Source of the DNA: an uncultured Gemmatimonadales bacterium
GTDB lineage: Bacteria > Actinomycetota > Acidimicrobiia > Spongiisociales > UBA5794
Direction: 5' to 3'
DNA: 64,000 bases
Assembly (NCBI GenBank): GCA_964195945.1
Contig: CAXMRC010000037.1
Span: 3,217 to 67,216, forward strand
Part shown: in pieces, positions 48,506-58,178 of the stretch
Layout of the letters: each line of letters begins with the position of its first letter
Numbering within the stretch: position 1 is the first letter of the stretch
Notes under the pieces: model-generated
Databases searched by the model: none
What the model was told of the DNA's origin: nothing
What the model saw: only the letters and a program-made list of their open reading frames with translations
Position numbers and translations under genes: made by a program

Positions 48506-48948
48506 ATCATCCCGGTGGTCGATATCACCAATCCAACCCCGGCCTTCGGCTGGCGTGGCAACGAAAGAGCTTCCTTCACTGACCGGGTGAACCCAGCTTT
48601 CTCATCATGGCTTACCGTTCTTCATCACCTATGTCTTGGAACCGGTATTCCCTTGAGCGAGGTCGTCGCACAAATATTCGAGTTCAGCTCCGAAGCAGTC
48701 ATCGAATTCGTTGATCGGGCCGATCCCATGCGCAACGCATATCCGCAAGCAGGACCACAGCCCTGGCACCCTACAACCGAGAGCTCTTCGAAGAGCGCGC
48801 CGTGGCTCACGGTGAGATTGTCACCAAGGTCGAGGTAAGCAACATTTTCACCTATCTCCGGTCTCGGAGGGAACGGATGACTATCGCCGTCGGTGTTGTA
48901 ACAGCCCCCGGGAAGACATTCCATCTAACCGTGGACTACGTCCAGTGA
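48506..48948 (+). pseudogene. 5'-truncated, frameshifted relic of a NoeA-like class I methyltransferase C-terminus
   Basis: IIPVVDITNPTPAFGW...ERASF...LHHL...IPL.EVV...VIEFVDRADPM, then a 1-nt shift at about 48731 to QRISASR...PYNRELFEE; no N-terminal SAM-binding domain. Family recognised from memory only. Confidence 0.6.
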
Positions 48949-49012
48949 GACCCGCCAGAAGGTGAAAGTCGGAGCCTGCGTCAACACTTGTGGACCGCAG
49001 TAGCAACGACCG

Positions 49013-49882
49013 TTAGTCGGCCCACTTGCGAGGACGGTCCCGGAGGCGATCGAAGCCAAGTTCATCGCATAGCTCGTGGAACGGTTGGCGCCGCGCCCCC
49101 TTCCATTCGAGATCCTCGAGGTTCTCTTTTAGTGGCACGTCACGCCGAAGTTGCGCCAGGAACCTGAAGAGAAGAGCGTCACCCATCCATCTCCGCAACG
49201 TCCCCGCAAGCTTCTCGGCGCTGCGCACCTTCACATCCCACCGTGCCGGATCGAGCGGAATGTTCTCGAGGTGCCCGTATCTCTCCAGCACCACAGAGCT
49301 GGACTTGGCCCCCCATCCCTGGAGACCCGGCAAACCGTCGGCGGCGTCACCCACCAATGCCAGGTAGTCAGGAATGGACTCCGGACGCACTCCGAATTTC
49401 TCCATGACCCCTGCCGCATCCATAAATGTCTGCCGGCGCCGGTCATATCCAACGATACGGGGATGGCCGTAACACTGGGCGAGATCTTTGTCAGGAGTGA
49501 GCACCACGACCTGTTCGACATCGTCAGCCCAACGCCACGCACCGGCGGCCAGCGCATCGTCGGCCTCGAATTCCGTCATCGACCACACGGTCACTCCCAG
49601 GGCATGGAGCGCACGCTCCGCTAGAGCGAATTGTGCCAACAGCACCTCGTCTATTCCTTCGCCACTCTTGTAGGCGGGGTAGACCTCATTGCGGAACGAA
49701 ACGATGACGCTGTCGAACGCCGCGGCAAGATGAGTCACGCCGGGCTCGCTGAGAAGAGACAAGGTCGAAGCAACGATGCCGTAAGTTGCGCCCACCTCTT
49801 GACCGGTTGGACTCGTTCGAGGCGGAGCCCCAAAGTGGGAGCGAAACAGTTCGTAGGTGCCGTCCATGAGATGCAGCTTCAT
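49013..49882 (-). CDS. Stand-alone 5'-3' (flap) exonuclease
   Basis: LMDGT, AFD, YK, EADD, DKD, LVGDAADGLPGLQGWGAKS (H3TH). Confidence 0.93.
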   Translation of the reverse strand: MKLHLMDGTYELFRSHFGAPPRTSPTGQEVGATYGIVASTLSLLSEPGVTHLAAAFDSVIVSFRNEVYPAYKSGEGIDEVLLAQFALAERALHALGVTVWSMTEFEADDALAAGAWRWADDVEQVVVLTPDKDLAQCYGHPRIVGYDRRRQTFMDAAGVMEKFGVRPESIPDYLALVGDAADGLPGLQGWGAKSSSVVLERYGHLENIPLDPARWDVKVRSAEKLAGTLRRWMGDALLFRFLAQLRRDVPLKENLEDLEWKGARRQPFHELCDELGFDRLRDRPRKWAD

Positions 49883-49958
49883 GACACGCGACGATACCCG
49901 TTTGCCGGGAAGTGAGCTTGACGCGATTTCCATAGACGAGACGTACTACCGTTTGCCC

Positions 49959-50483
49959 ATGGCTGAACGTGGTCTTTTCGGGACCGTATACGGAACCGCA
50001 CATCTTGATAGTCCGTTCTTGTCGAGCCGGTGGCGGCTGACTGACGGTGATAGTGAAGTGGCACAGTTACGCCGACTCGGCAGACTCCACATCAGCAAAG
50101 TCCTTCTACCCAACGGCGAAGAGGCGGTACTTACCCCGCACGAACAGTCGGTGGTCCTCGCCCTCGATTCCGAAGGTGGCGAGCTGGCTCGGATCACCCG
50201 TACTTCTTGGTTCGGCCGAAGCTGGGATATCACGTCAAAGAGATGGGCATACGAACTGAAGAGCGATCCTCGACCCCGCCGTTGGCAGATCATGGTTGGT
50301 GGCACGTCGGTAGCTCAAATCTCCGGTTCGCTGGTGTCCTACAACAAGGTGAACGTCGAGGCTCCCCTCGGTGTACCAATCTTGGTGGTAGCGCTGGCGT
50401 GGCATGTAGTCGCCCGACCATGGGAAGCTGCAGCGGCACCAACCACTCTGGTGGCGTCCAGCGGCGAGGAGACCATCGTATGA
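49959..50483 (+). CDS. Hypothetical protein, possibly Tubby C-terminal/LURP-one-like fold
   Basis: Repeating beta-strand pattern ending in a hydrophobic helix (PILVVALAWHVV); ATGA overlap with the ALDH gene. Confidence 0.55.
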   Translation: MAERGLFGTVYGTAHLDSPFLSSRWRLTDGDSEVAQLRRLGRLHISKVLLPNGEEAVLTPHEQSVVLALDSEGGELARITRTSWFGRSWDITSKRWAYELKSDPRPRRWQIMVGGTSVAQISGSLVSYNKVNVEAPLGVPILVVALAWHVVARPWEAAAAPTTLVASSGEETIV

Positions 50484-51973
50484 CTTCGCACGATTCACGC
50501 ACGATCTCACCGACCAGCCCGCTCACCGGGAAAGTCGCCGGCACTGTCGCAGTAACTGAGCCCGACGACGTTGCGGCAGTCGTGGCCAGTTCACGGCTGG
50601 CCTTTGCGAGTTGGGGTGCAATGAGCCACGCCGAGCGTAAGCCGTATCTGCGTGCGTTCGCCAAACATGTGTTGCGCTCCATGGACAGGATCGCCGATGT
50701 CGTCATCTCTGAAACCGGCAAGGACCGCGGTGATGTGATGGCTGAGATCAACGCGGCATTGACGGCTCTCGACTTCTTCACCCGCAAGGCTGGCAAGTTA
50801 CTGCGCGCCAAGAAGGGGAGTTCCTGGCCGTTCATCGTCACCAAGGGTTGGACCGAGTATCACCCTCTCGGCGTGGCCGGCATCATCTCGCCATGGAACT
50901 ACCCGTTCTACCTCCCGCTCCTTTCGGCGACTCAAGCGTTGAGTGCAGGGTGCACCGTTGTCATCAAGCCTTCCGAGATAACCCCCTTGTCTGGTCAGCT
51001 GATCCACGACCTCGCCACCGAGGCTGGCATCCCCGATGGTGTGGTCCAGATGATCCACGGTGACGGAGCCACCGGAGCCGCCCTCGTCGAGGCCGATGTC
51101 AACATCGTCGCCTTTACTGGTTCTCCGGCGGTCGGCAAGAAGGTCGCAGCCACCGCCGCGGAAACGCTGAAACCCATCCTTCTTGAACTGGGCGGCAAGG
51201 ATGCGCAGATCGTTCTTGAAGACGCCAATATCTCAAACGCAGCCAAGGCTGCCGTCAGCTTTGGCGTGTTCAACGCGGGGCAGATGTGCGTCGGCATCGA
51301 GCGTGTCTACGTCGTTGACGAGATCTATGACGAGTTCATGAAGGAAGCGAAGAAGGCCATTGCAAAGGTCGCTGCCGCCACAGGCGACAAGCGAGATATC
51401 GGTCCGCTGATCTCGCCGCCGCAGATAGACATCATCGAAGATCACCTGAAGGACGCGGTAGACCGGGGCGCCACCGTCCTCGCTGGGGGCACCCGGATCG
51501 AGACCGACCACGGCATCTACTTCGAGCCGACACTTGTCGAAGATGTCGACCATTCGATGACGCTGATGCGAGAAGAGACGTTCGGCCCGATTGTTCCGGT
51601 GATGCGTGTGGCGGATGAGCAGGAAGCCCTCTCGCTTGCAAATGATTCTGTTTACGGTCTTCACGGGTCGGTCTGGACCGGCAACCGCAAGCGGGGAGCC
51701 GCCGTGGCCAGCAAGATGAAGACCGGGTCGATCGCCGTGAACGACCACGTGGTCAATTTCTTTTTCCCCAGCATCAAGCTGGGCGGTATCGGCGATTCGG
51801 GTATCACCGGACAGCTCGGAGAGGAAGGGATCAAAGCCTTCTCGATTCACCGCTCTATTACCTCCGCCAGGTTTGCGCCCACGACAAAACTGTTGGGCGC
51901 CTGGCTGCCGAGACGGGTGAAGCCGAAATACTGGAAGCGTCTGGCCTACACATTGTTTGCGTGGCGACGCTGA
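50480..51973 (+). CDS. NAD(P)-dependent aldehyde dehydrogenase
   Basis: ISPWNYP, KPSE, FTGS, LELGGKD, NAGQMC, EETFGP. Confidence 0.96.
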   Translation: MTSHDSRTISPTSPLTGKVAGTVAVTEPDDVAAVVASSRLAFASWGAMSHAERKPYLRAFAKHVLRSMDRIADVVISETGKDRGDVMAEINAALTALDFFTRKAGKLLRAKKGSSWPFIVTKGWTEYHPLGVAGIISPWNYPFYLPLLSATQALSAGCTVVIKPSEITPLSGQLIHDLATEAGIPDGVVQMIHGDGATGAALVEADVNIVAFTGSPAVGKKVAATAAETLKPILLELGGKDAQIVLEDANISNAAKAAVSFGVFNAGQMCVGIERVYVVDEIYDEFMKEAKKAIAKVAAATGDKRDIGPLISPPQIDIIEDHLKDAVDRGATVLAGGTRIETDHGIYFEPTLVEDVDHSMTLMREETFGPIVPVMRVADEQEALSLANDSVYGLHGSVWTGNRKRGAAVASKMKTGSIAVNDHVVNFFFPSIKLGGIGDSGITGQLGEEGIKAFSIHRSITSARFAPTTKLLGAWLPRRVKPKYWKRLAYTLFAWRR

Positions 51974-52788
51974 AGCCTCTAGTAACCACCGAGTGGCTTG
52001 GCGATCGGCTCCATGATGAGACCGTTCGTATCGCTGATTGTCGGTTCTACCTCGCTGATCCTGCCCAGGGCCTACGGGAGTATCAGAAGGGCCATATCCC
52101 AACCGCAAAGTATTTCTCGTTGGACGATGACCTCACCGGTCAATCTGGGCCCGGCAGACACCCGCTGCCGGATCCGGCCGTGTTCGCTGAGACCTTGCGC
52201 CAATCCGGAATCGGTAATGAGCACACAGTGGTTGTTTATGACGACGGGAGCGCTACGAGCGCAGCGCGCATGTGGTGGATGCTCCGATCGCTCGGTCACC
52301 AAAATTCAGCTGTGCTGGACGGGGGATGGGCGACATGGGCATCAGAGCCACGTTCGACGACGCTGGAGATCCCCGATTGGGAACCTGCCGATCTGAGGCT
52401 GGCCGATCAGTGGTCGGCGACGGTAAACCGGGAGCAGATCATGGCTGCCGAGGACCTGTTGCTTGTCGACTCAAGAGCCGTCGCAAGGTATCGCGGAGAC
52501 GAGGAGCCCATCGATCCGGTCGCCGGACATATCCCAGGAGCGGTCAACCTCCCCTATGAAGGCAATACCGGCGAGTCCGGCACTTTTCTCTCCGCCGAGG
52601 ACCTCAAGCAGCGTTTCAACGCCATCACCTCTCGGACTTCCGCCTTCTATTGCGGGAGCGGAGTTACTGCCTGCAATAACATCCTGGCGGCTGAAGTCGC
52701 CGGCTACTCCGACATTCTTCTCTACACGGGGTCCTGGAGCGATTGGTGCACCAGCGGCGGTGACATCGCCACCTCCAAAAGCAAGTAG
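51961..52788 (+). CDS. sseA: Tandem-domain rhodanese / 3-mercaptopyruvate sulfurtransferase
   Basis: GHIP, RMWW...LDGG, DSR...RY.G, GHIPGA, CGSGVTAC, YTGSWSDW. Confidence 0.92.
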   Translation: MATLKPLVTTEWLGDRLHDETVRIADCRFYLADPAQGLREYQKGHIPTAKYFSLDDDLTGQSGPGRHPLPDPAVFAETLRQSGIGNEHTVVVYDDGSATSAARMWWMLRSLGHQNSAVLDGGWATWASEPRSTTLEIPDWEPADLRLADQWSATVNREQIMAAEDLLLVDSRAVARYRGDEEPIDPVAGHIPGAVNLPYEGNTGESGTFLSAEDLKQRFNAITSRTSAFYCGSGVTACNNILAAEVAGYSDILLYTGSWSDWCTSGGDIATSKSK

Positions 52789-53041
52789 GGCGACGATTCT
52801 CCCCCTACCGGGATCCGCCGCCCTACTTGGCATTTATGTGGAACACGACCCCCCGGTACCACCGCGTTCCCGACCAAGTGGTCGTATCGACGATATGTCG
52901 ACATGGACAGAATAGTGGTCGCGCTGGCACTTTGGGTGGTGGCACTTAAGAAAAGTTTTCGCGCTCTCGGAAAATCCGGGTCAAACGCCACCCCCTTCCG
53001 CGGCGCAATGCCAGACTGCGATTTACCGCAGAGACCGGGGT

Positions 53042-55954
53042 ATGAACTACTGCGTTGAGGTTGCCACCAAGCCGGGATTTCGGGACACGAGGACCGACGA
53101 TCTCAAGGACCAAATCGAGCTGCTGGGAATCCCCGGGGTCGATTCGGTCGATATTGCGGACCGCTATTACCTGAGCGGACCCCTCTCACCAGAGACGCTC
53201 GATCACCTCACAGCCTCACTTCTCGCCGACAGTGTGATCGAAACCGCACGCAGTTTTCCACTGGACAAAGATCACGCCGTCTCCGGTGCAGGTACCTATA
53301 CCGTGGATGTAGTCCTCCATCCGGGGGTGACCGACTCGCCGGCCGAGAGTTTGCTCGCCGGCATCGCCGAAATCGGATTGAACGGCGTAGAACAAGCAGC
53401 GACCGGCCGTCGCTACACACTGCACGGCACTGCGCTGCAACAAGAACATGTCGAACGAATCGCAGCGGAGCTGCTGGCAAACGACGTGATCCAGACCTAC
53501 TACGTCGGCGAACCGGCCCCTCCACCATTTACGGTGACCGCAACTGCGGTTCCGGCAACAAATGAGATCGTGCTGCAGGGCCTCGACCACAACCAGCTGG
53601 TTGCCCTCAGCGCTGCCAGAAGACTGAGTCTCGACGGCGACGAGATGCAAGCGATCCAGGCCTATTTCGCCCAGCAGGGGCGGCCCGCAACCGAGCTAGA
53701 ACTGGAGACTCTCGCCCAGACCTGGTCAGAGCACTGCGTCCACAAGACGTTTCGAGCCATGATCACGTACACCGGGCCACCGCCCGACGCCACCGGTCCG
53801 ATCGAGACGACAACCGTCGATTCGATTCTCGACGAACACATCCGTGCCGCCACCGAGGCGGTGGACAAGCCGTGGGTGAGGTCGGCCTTTGTTGATGACG
53901 CAGGAATCGTGGCCCTCGATGACACCACCGATCTTGCCTTCAAAGTCGAGACTCACAATCATCCCTCCGCTCTCGAGCCATTCGGTGGTGCCAATACGGG
54001 AGTTGGTGGAGTCGTCCGCGACGTGATCGGTGTCAGCGCCCGACCCATAGCTAACACCGACATACTTTGTTTTGGCCCCCAGGACACCAGCTTCGATGAA
54101 CTCCCTGAAGGCGTCCACCATCCGAAACGTATCGCCGACGGTGTAATCGCCGGGATCGAGGACTACGGGAACAAGATGGGGATCCCCACCGTGAACGGAG
54201 CCGTCATCTATGACTCCGGGTACACCGCTAACCCGTTGGTCTTCTGTGGCTGTCTTGGTGCGCTCCCCACTGGATCCCACCCAACCGCGCCGCAGCCAGA
54301 CGATCGAGTGGTCGTTCTCGGTGGGCGCACTGGCCGCGACGGTCTGCGCGGGGCGACGTTTTCCTCTATGGAGGCAGACCACACCACTAGTGACTTATCT
54401 GGCAGCGCCGTACAGATCGGCCACCCCATACACGAGAAACAGGCCCTCGAGGTGATAATCAACGCCCGCGATGAACGCCTCTACAACGCCATTACCGATT
54501 GCGGAGCCGGCGGTCTGTCCTCGAGCGTTGGTGAGATGGCCGAGGAACTGGGGGCGATCGTCCACCTGGAACGAGTACCTCTCAAGTACCCAGGCCTGGC
54601 ACCGTGGGAAATCTGGTTGAGCGAGGCCCAAGAGCGAATGGTCATAGCGGTACCGGATAAGAACCTGGAACGGCTTGCGGAGATCGCAGCGGCACTCGAC
54701 GTCGAGATGACTGTGCTCGGCAAGTTCACCGGCGACGGCATACTCCGGATCGACTACAACGGCAGCACCGTTGGCGAGATTGAGTGCGAGTTTCTCCATA
54801 ACGGTCTCCCCCGCCAACACCTAACGGCGGAGTGGCGACCGCCCGAGGTCCAAGCGCGCCGGCTCCAGCTGCCCATGGAGCCCACAACGGCGCTGCTTGC
54901 TCTACTCGCCGATCCCAACATCAGGTCTAAAGAAGACATCGTCCGTCGCTATGACCACGAGGTCCAGGGTGGAACCGTCGTCAAACCATTTGTCGGCATC
55001 GCCCAGGCGGGGCCTTCCGATGCGGCTGTTGTCACGCCCCTCGATGTGCACCGGCAGGCCGGTGTTGTTCCTGGTGCCGCCCTGGCCGTGGGTGTCAACC
55101 CGGCATACGGAACGCTCGATCCATACCGTATGGCCTGGGCCACCGTCGACGAAGCCGTGCGCAACGTTGTCGCGGTGGGTGCCGACCCGGACCGCATCTC
55201 CATCCTCGACAACTTCTCGTGGGGCAATCCTCGAATCCCTGACCGACTTGGTTCACTGGTGCGCTGCACCCAGGGTTGCTACGACGCCGCGGTCGCCTAC
55301 GGGACACCGTTCATCTCCGGAAAGGACAGCCTCAACAACGAGTACACCGGAATCGACGGACGCAAACACACCATTCCCGGCACACTCGTCATCTCATCAC
55401 TTGGCATCGTGCCCGATGTCACGAACACAGTCACCAGCGATCTCAAAGGTGTCGGCCACAGTCTTTACATCGTTGGAGCCACCGGCGACCACCTCGGTGG
55501 CTCGGCGCTTGCCGGTCTAGTTGAGTTCGAAGGGGGTTCGGCTCCTGCCCCTGTCCCTGCTGCCATTACCGGATACCGAGCGCTCCACGAAGCCATCGCC
55601 TCGGGGTTGGTAGCAGCCTGTCACGACGTTTCCGAGGGTGGGATATCCGTTTCCGCAGCCGAAATGGCAATCGGTGGAGGATGCGGTCTGACAATCTCGT
55701 TGCGGGATGTACCGGGGGATGACGACGACACGACAAAGGCGTTCAGCGAATCGCTCGGCCGCCTGCTCGTCGAGATACGACCGGAGAACACCGCCAGTTT
55801 CGAAGAGCTGATGACCGGGTACCCCACTGCAGCAATTGGCGAGACGACAGATGACGCAATGATCCAGATCAAGTCAAGCGACGGATCGCCATTCATTGTC
55901 GTCGAGGTGACCGCCGTGACCGCAGCGTGGCGCAGCGTGGGGGGGCCCCGATGA
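53042..55954 (+). CDS. purL: FGAM synthase PurL with two PurS-like N-terminal domains
   Basis: TWSEHCVHK, KVETHNHPS, GANTGVGG, GGRTGRDG, DCGAGG, SEAQERM, SGKDSL, HDVSEGG; N-terminal KPG..D and HPGVTD repeats. Confidence 0.95.
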   Translation: MNYCVEVATKPGFRDTRTDDLKDQIELLGIPGVDSVDIADRYYLSGPLSPETLDHLTASLLADSVIETARSFPLDKDHAVSGAGTYTVDVVLHPGVTDSPAESLLAGIAEIGLNGVEQAATGRRYTLHGTALQQEHVERIAAELLANDVIQTYYVGEPAPPPFTVTATAVPATNEIVLQGLDHNQLVALSAARRLSLDGDEMQAIQAYFAQQGRPATELELETLAQTWSEHCVHKTFRAMITYTGPPPDATGPIETTTVDSILDEHIRAATEAVDKPWVRSAFVDDAGIVALDDTTDLAFKVETHNHPSALEPFGGANTGVGGVVRDVIGVSARPIANTDILCFGPQDTSFDELPEGVHHPKRIADGVIAGIEDYGNKMGIPTVNGAVIYDSGYTANPLVFCGCLGALPTGSHPTAPQPDDRVVVLGGRTGRDGLRGATFSSMEADHTTSDLSGSAVQIGHPIHEKQALEVIINARDERLYNAITDCGAGGLSSSVGEMAEELGAIVHLERVPLKYPGLAPWEIWLSEAQERMVIAVPDKNLERLAEIAAALDVEMTVLGKFTGDGILRIDYNGSTVGEIECEFLHNGLPRQHLTAEWRPPEVQARRLQLPMEPTTALLALLADPNIRSKEDIVRRYDHEVQGGTVVKPFVGIAQAGPSDAAVVTPLDVHRQAGVVPGAALAVGVNPAYGTLDPYRMAWATVDEAVRNVVAVGADPDRISILDNFSWGNPRIPDRLGSLVRCTQGCYDAAVAYGTPFISGKDSLNNEYTGIDGRKHTIPGTLVISSLGIVPDVTNTVTSDLKGVGHSLYIVGATGDHLGGSALAGLVEFEGGSAPAPVPAAITGYRALHEAIASGLVAACHDVSEGGISVSAAEMAIGGGCGLTISLRDVPGDDDDTTKAFSESLGRLLVEIRPENTASFEELMTGYPTAAIGETTDDAMIQIKSSDGSPFIVVEVTAVTAAWRSVGGPR

Positions 55955-56715
55955 AACCACGCGCCATGATCATTCATGCCTCCGGAACCAACCGCGACCA
56001 CGACGTCGCCTGGGCGCTGGAACTTGCCGGAGCCCGGCCCGAGATCGTTCACATCAACGCCATCCGAGACGGCGAGTGCAGGCTGCTCGACTATCAGATG
56101 ATGGTGCTCCCCGGTGGCTTCTCCTACGGCGACGACCTCGGCGCAGGCAAACTGTGGGCGATCGCATTGCGCAACCGACTTGGCCGGGACCTGGAGAAGT
56201 TCATCGATATCGGACGCCCCGTTATCGGGATCTGTAACGGCTTCCAGGCACTTGTGAAATCCGGGCTACTGCCGTCTCTGCACGGATCATCCAACCAGCA
56301 GACCACTCTGACCCGCAACGAGTCGGGGAAATTCGAGTGCCGCTGGGTAGATCTCGAACCAAACGTCGCGGCGAACAGTTTCTGGACCAAAGACCTGAAC
56401 GAGCCCATCCACTGTCCCGTTGCCCATGGTGAGGGACGATTCGTCACCGATGGCGACACTCTCACCGCAATCGAAGACCAGGGGTTAGTCGCTCTCCGCT
56501 ACCGCATCACTGGACCAAGATATCCGTCCAATCCGAATGGCTCGGCCAACGACATCGCCGGAATCATCAATCCCGACGGCAATATTCTCGGATTGATGCC
56601 CCACCCCGAAGATCACATCGTGCCCGCGCAACACCCGGGTCGGCATCGCGGCAAGACCAACGGATCAGGTCTCCCCCTCTTTGAGAACGGAGTCGAGCAT
56701 GCATCTCTTATGTAG
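55951..56715 (+). CDS. purQ: FGAM synthase glutaminase subunit
   Basis: GTNRD, PGGFSYGD, GICNGFQ, HGEG, NPNGS, MPHPE. Confidence 0.97.
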   Translation: MKPRAMIIHASGTNRDHDVAWALELAGARPEIVHINAIRDGECRLLDYQMMVLPGGFSYGDDLGAGKLWAIALRNRLGRDLEKFIDIGRPVIGICNGFQALVKSGLLPSLHGSSNQQTTLTRNESGKFECRWVDLEPNVAANSFWTKDLNEPIHCPVAHGEGRFVTDGDTLTAIEDQGLVALRYRITGPRYPSNPNGSANDIAGIINPDGNILGLMPHPEDHIVPAQHPGRHRGKTNGSGLPLFENGVEHASLM

Positions 56716-56742
56716 CTGGGTACGAGGAGAGAGGATCTGGAC

Positions 56743-57681
56743 GTGAAAGCTGAGCACGATATTGTTGCCGCAATTCCCAACGCGCTACTCAGGACCGACC
56801 TTCCCGAGTTAGGCGAACGAATCGAAGGGAAAGTCCGCGACGTCTATCTCCAGGATGGCAAACGGGTTCTGATCACAACGGACCGGGTCTCGGCGTTCGA
56901 TCGGGTTTTGGGCGCCATTCCGTTCAAGGGACAGGTCCTCAACCAACTCAGCGCATGGTGGTTCGAGCAAGTCAGCGGGATCGTCTCCAACCACGTTCTT
57001 TCGGTTCCGGATCCGAATGTGACCATCGGGGCCGAGGCGGAAGCTCTTCCGGTTGAAGTAATAGTCCGCGGCTACATCACCGGAGTGACATCGACATCGC
57101 TGTGGACCCTCTATGAGCAGGGCATCGACCGGCCATACGGCCTCGATCTCCCCTCAGGGCTCTCCAAGAACGACCCGCTGCCAGAAGCGGTTGTCACGCC
57201 AACCACCAAAGCCACCGGCGGTGCCCACGACGAGCGCTTAACCAATGCGGAGGTGGTGGACAACGGTTTGGTAGCACCGGACCTGTGGCAGGAAGTCCAG
57301 AACACGGCACTCGCGGTGTTCGCCCACGGACAACAAGTCGCGGCCGATGCCGGCCTCGTGCTCGTCGACACGAAATACGAGTTCGGTTTGATCAACGGTC
57401 AACTCGCCCTCATCGATGAGGTTCACACGCCGGACTCCAGCCGCTATTGGATCGCTGATACCTACGCTGCGGGACAACCGCAGAACTACGACAAGGAGTT
57501 TCTCAGGCTGTGGTTCATCGAGCAGGGGTACCGGGGAGATGGTGCTGCTCCCACCATGCCGGATGGACTCGTGGCCGAGGTCGCAGCACGCTATATCGAT
57601 GCTTACGAAAGACTCACCGGTAACCCGTTCCAACCAGGGGCTCAGCCTGCGGCAGATCGAATCAGGAAGGCACTGTTGTGA
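56743..57681 (+). CDS. purC: SAICAR synthetase
   Basis: GKVRDVY, DRVSAFD, EVIVRGY, TPTTK, DTKYEFG, DEVHTPDSSR, DKE. Confidence 0.97.
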   Translation: MKAEHDIVAAIPNALLRTDLPELGERIEGKVRDVYLQDGKRVLITTDRVSAFDRVLGAIPFKGQVLNQLSAWWFEQVSGIVSNHVLSVPDPNVTIGAEAEALPVEVIVRGYITGVTSTSLWTLYEQGIDRPYGLDLPSGLSKNDPLPEAVVTPTTKATGGAHDERLTNAEVVDNGLVAPDLWQEVQNTALAVFAHGQQVAADAGLVLVDTKYEFGLINGQLALIDEVHTPDSSRYWIADTYAAGQPQNYDKEFLRLWFIEQGYRGDGAAPTMPDGLVAEVAARYIDAYERLTGNPFQPGAQPAADRIRKALL

Positions 57682-58160
57682 AACCTTTCGTCCCCATCAT
57701 TATGGGATCCAAATCGGATCTCGTTCATGGCTCCGCAATCGCGGAATCGTTACAAGCGTTCGGCATAGACAGCGAAATCCGGGTGGCCTCGGCTCACAAG
57801 GCGGCGACCTATTTGCTGGATCTGCTCGCAGAATACGAGGCTGATGGGCGGCCCAAGGTCTACATCACCGTGGCCGGCCGTTCCAATGCGCTCAGCGGCC
57901 TCGTCGATGGAAACGTCACCTCTCCGGTAATTGCCTGCCCCCCATACTCGGATCGCTTCGGTGGGGCCGACATCTTCTCCTCGCTGCGGATGCCGTCCGG
58001 TATCGCCCCATTGGTCGTTCTCGACCCCGGTGGAGCCGCCCTAGCCGCAGCCAAGATCCTTGGTCTCAGCGAGCCGGCCATTCAGCAGACGGTCGCCGCT
58101 CACCAGGCGGCGGCAACTGAAACGATCATCAACGACGACCAAGCGACCCAGGCGGAGTAG
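57678..58160 (+). CDS. purE: Class II PurE (AIR carboxylase)
   Basis: MGSKSD, SAHK, VAGRSNALSG, IACPP, SSLRMPSG; GTGA overlap with purC. Confidence 0.92.
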   Translation: MKPFVPIIMGSKSDLVHGSAIAESLQAFGIDSEIRVASAHKAATYLLDLLAEYEADGRPKVYITVAGRSNALSGLVDGNVTSPVIACPPYSDRFGGADIFSSLRMPSGIAPLVVLDPGGAALAAAKILGLSEPAIQQTVAAHQAAATETIINDDQATQAE

Positions 58161-58178
58161 CCTGCCATCGAAGCGGGA

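Noticed and set aside
50207-50479. Tracked N-terminal extensions of ALDH, glgA, glgC, the aminotransferase and DUF2017
   Set aside because: They overlap neighbouring genes or promoters; shorter starts with stop/start overlaps or -10 elements fit better.
55921-55940. Tandem CGCAGCGTGG x2 at the purL-purQ junction
   Set aside because: Only two copies; purL and purQ remain intact with a normal ATGA overlap, so no phase variation can be argued.
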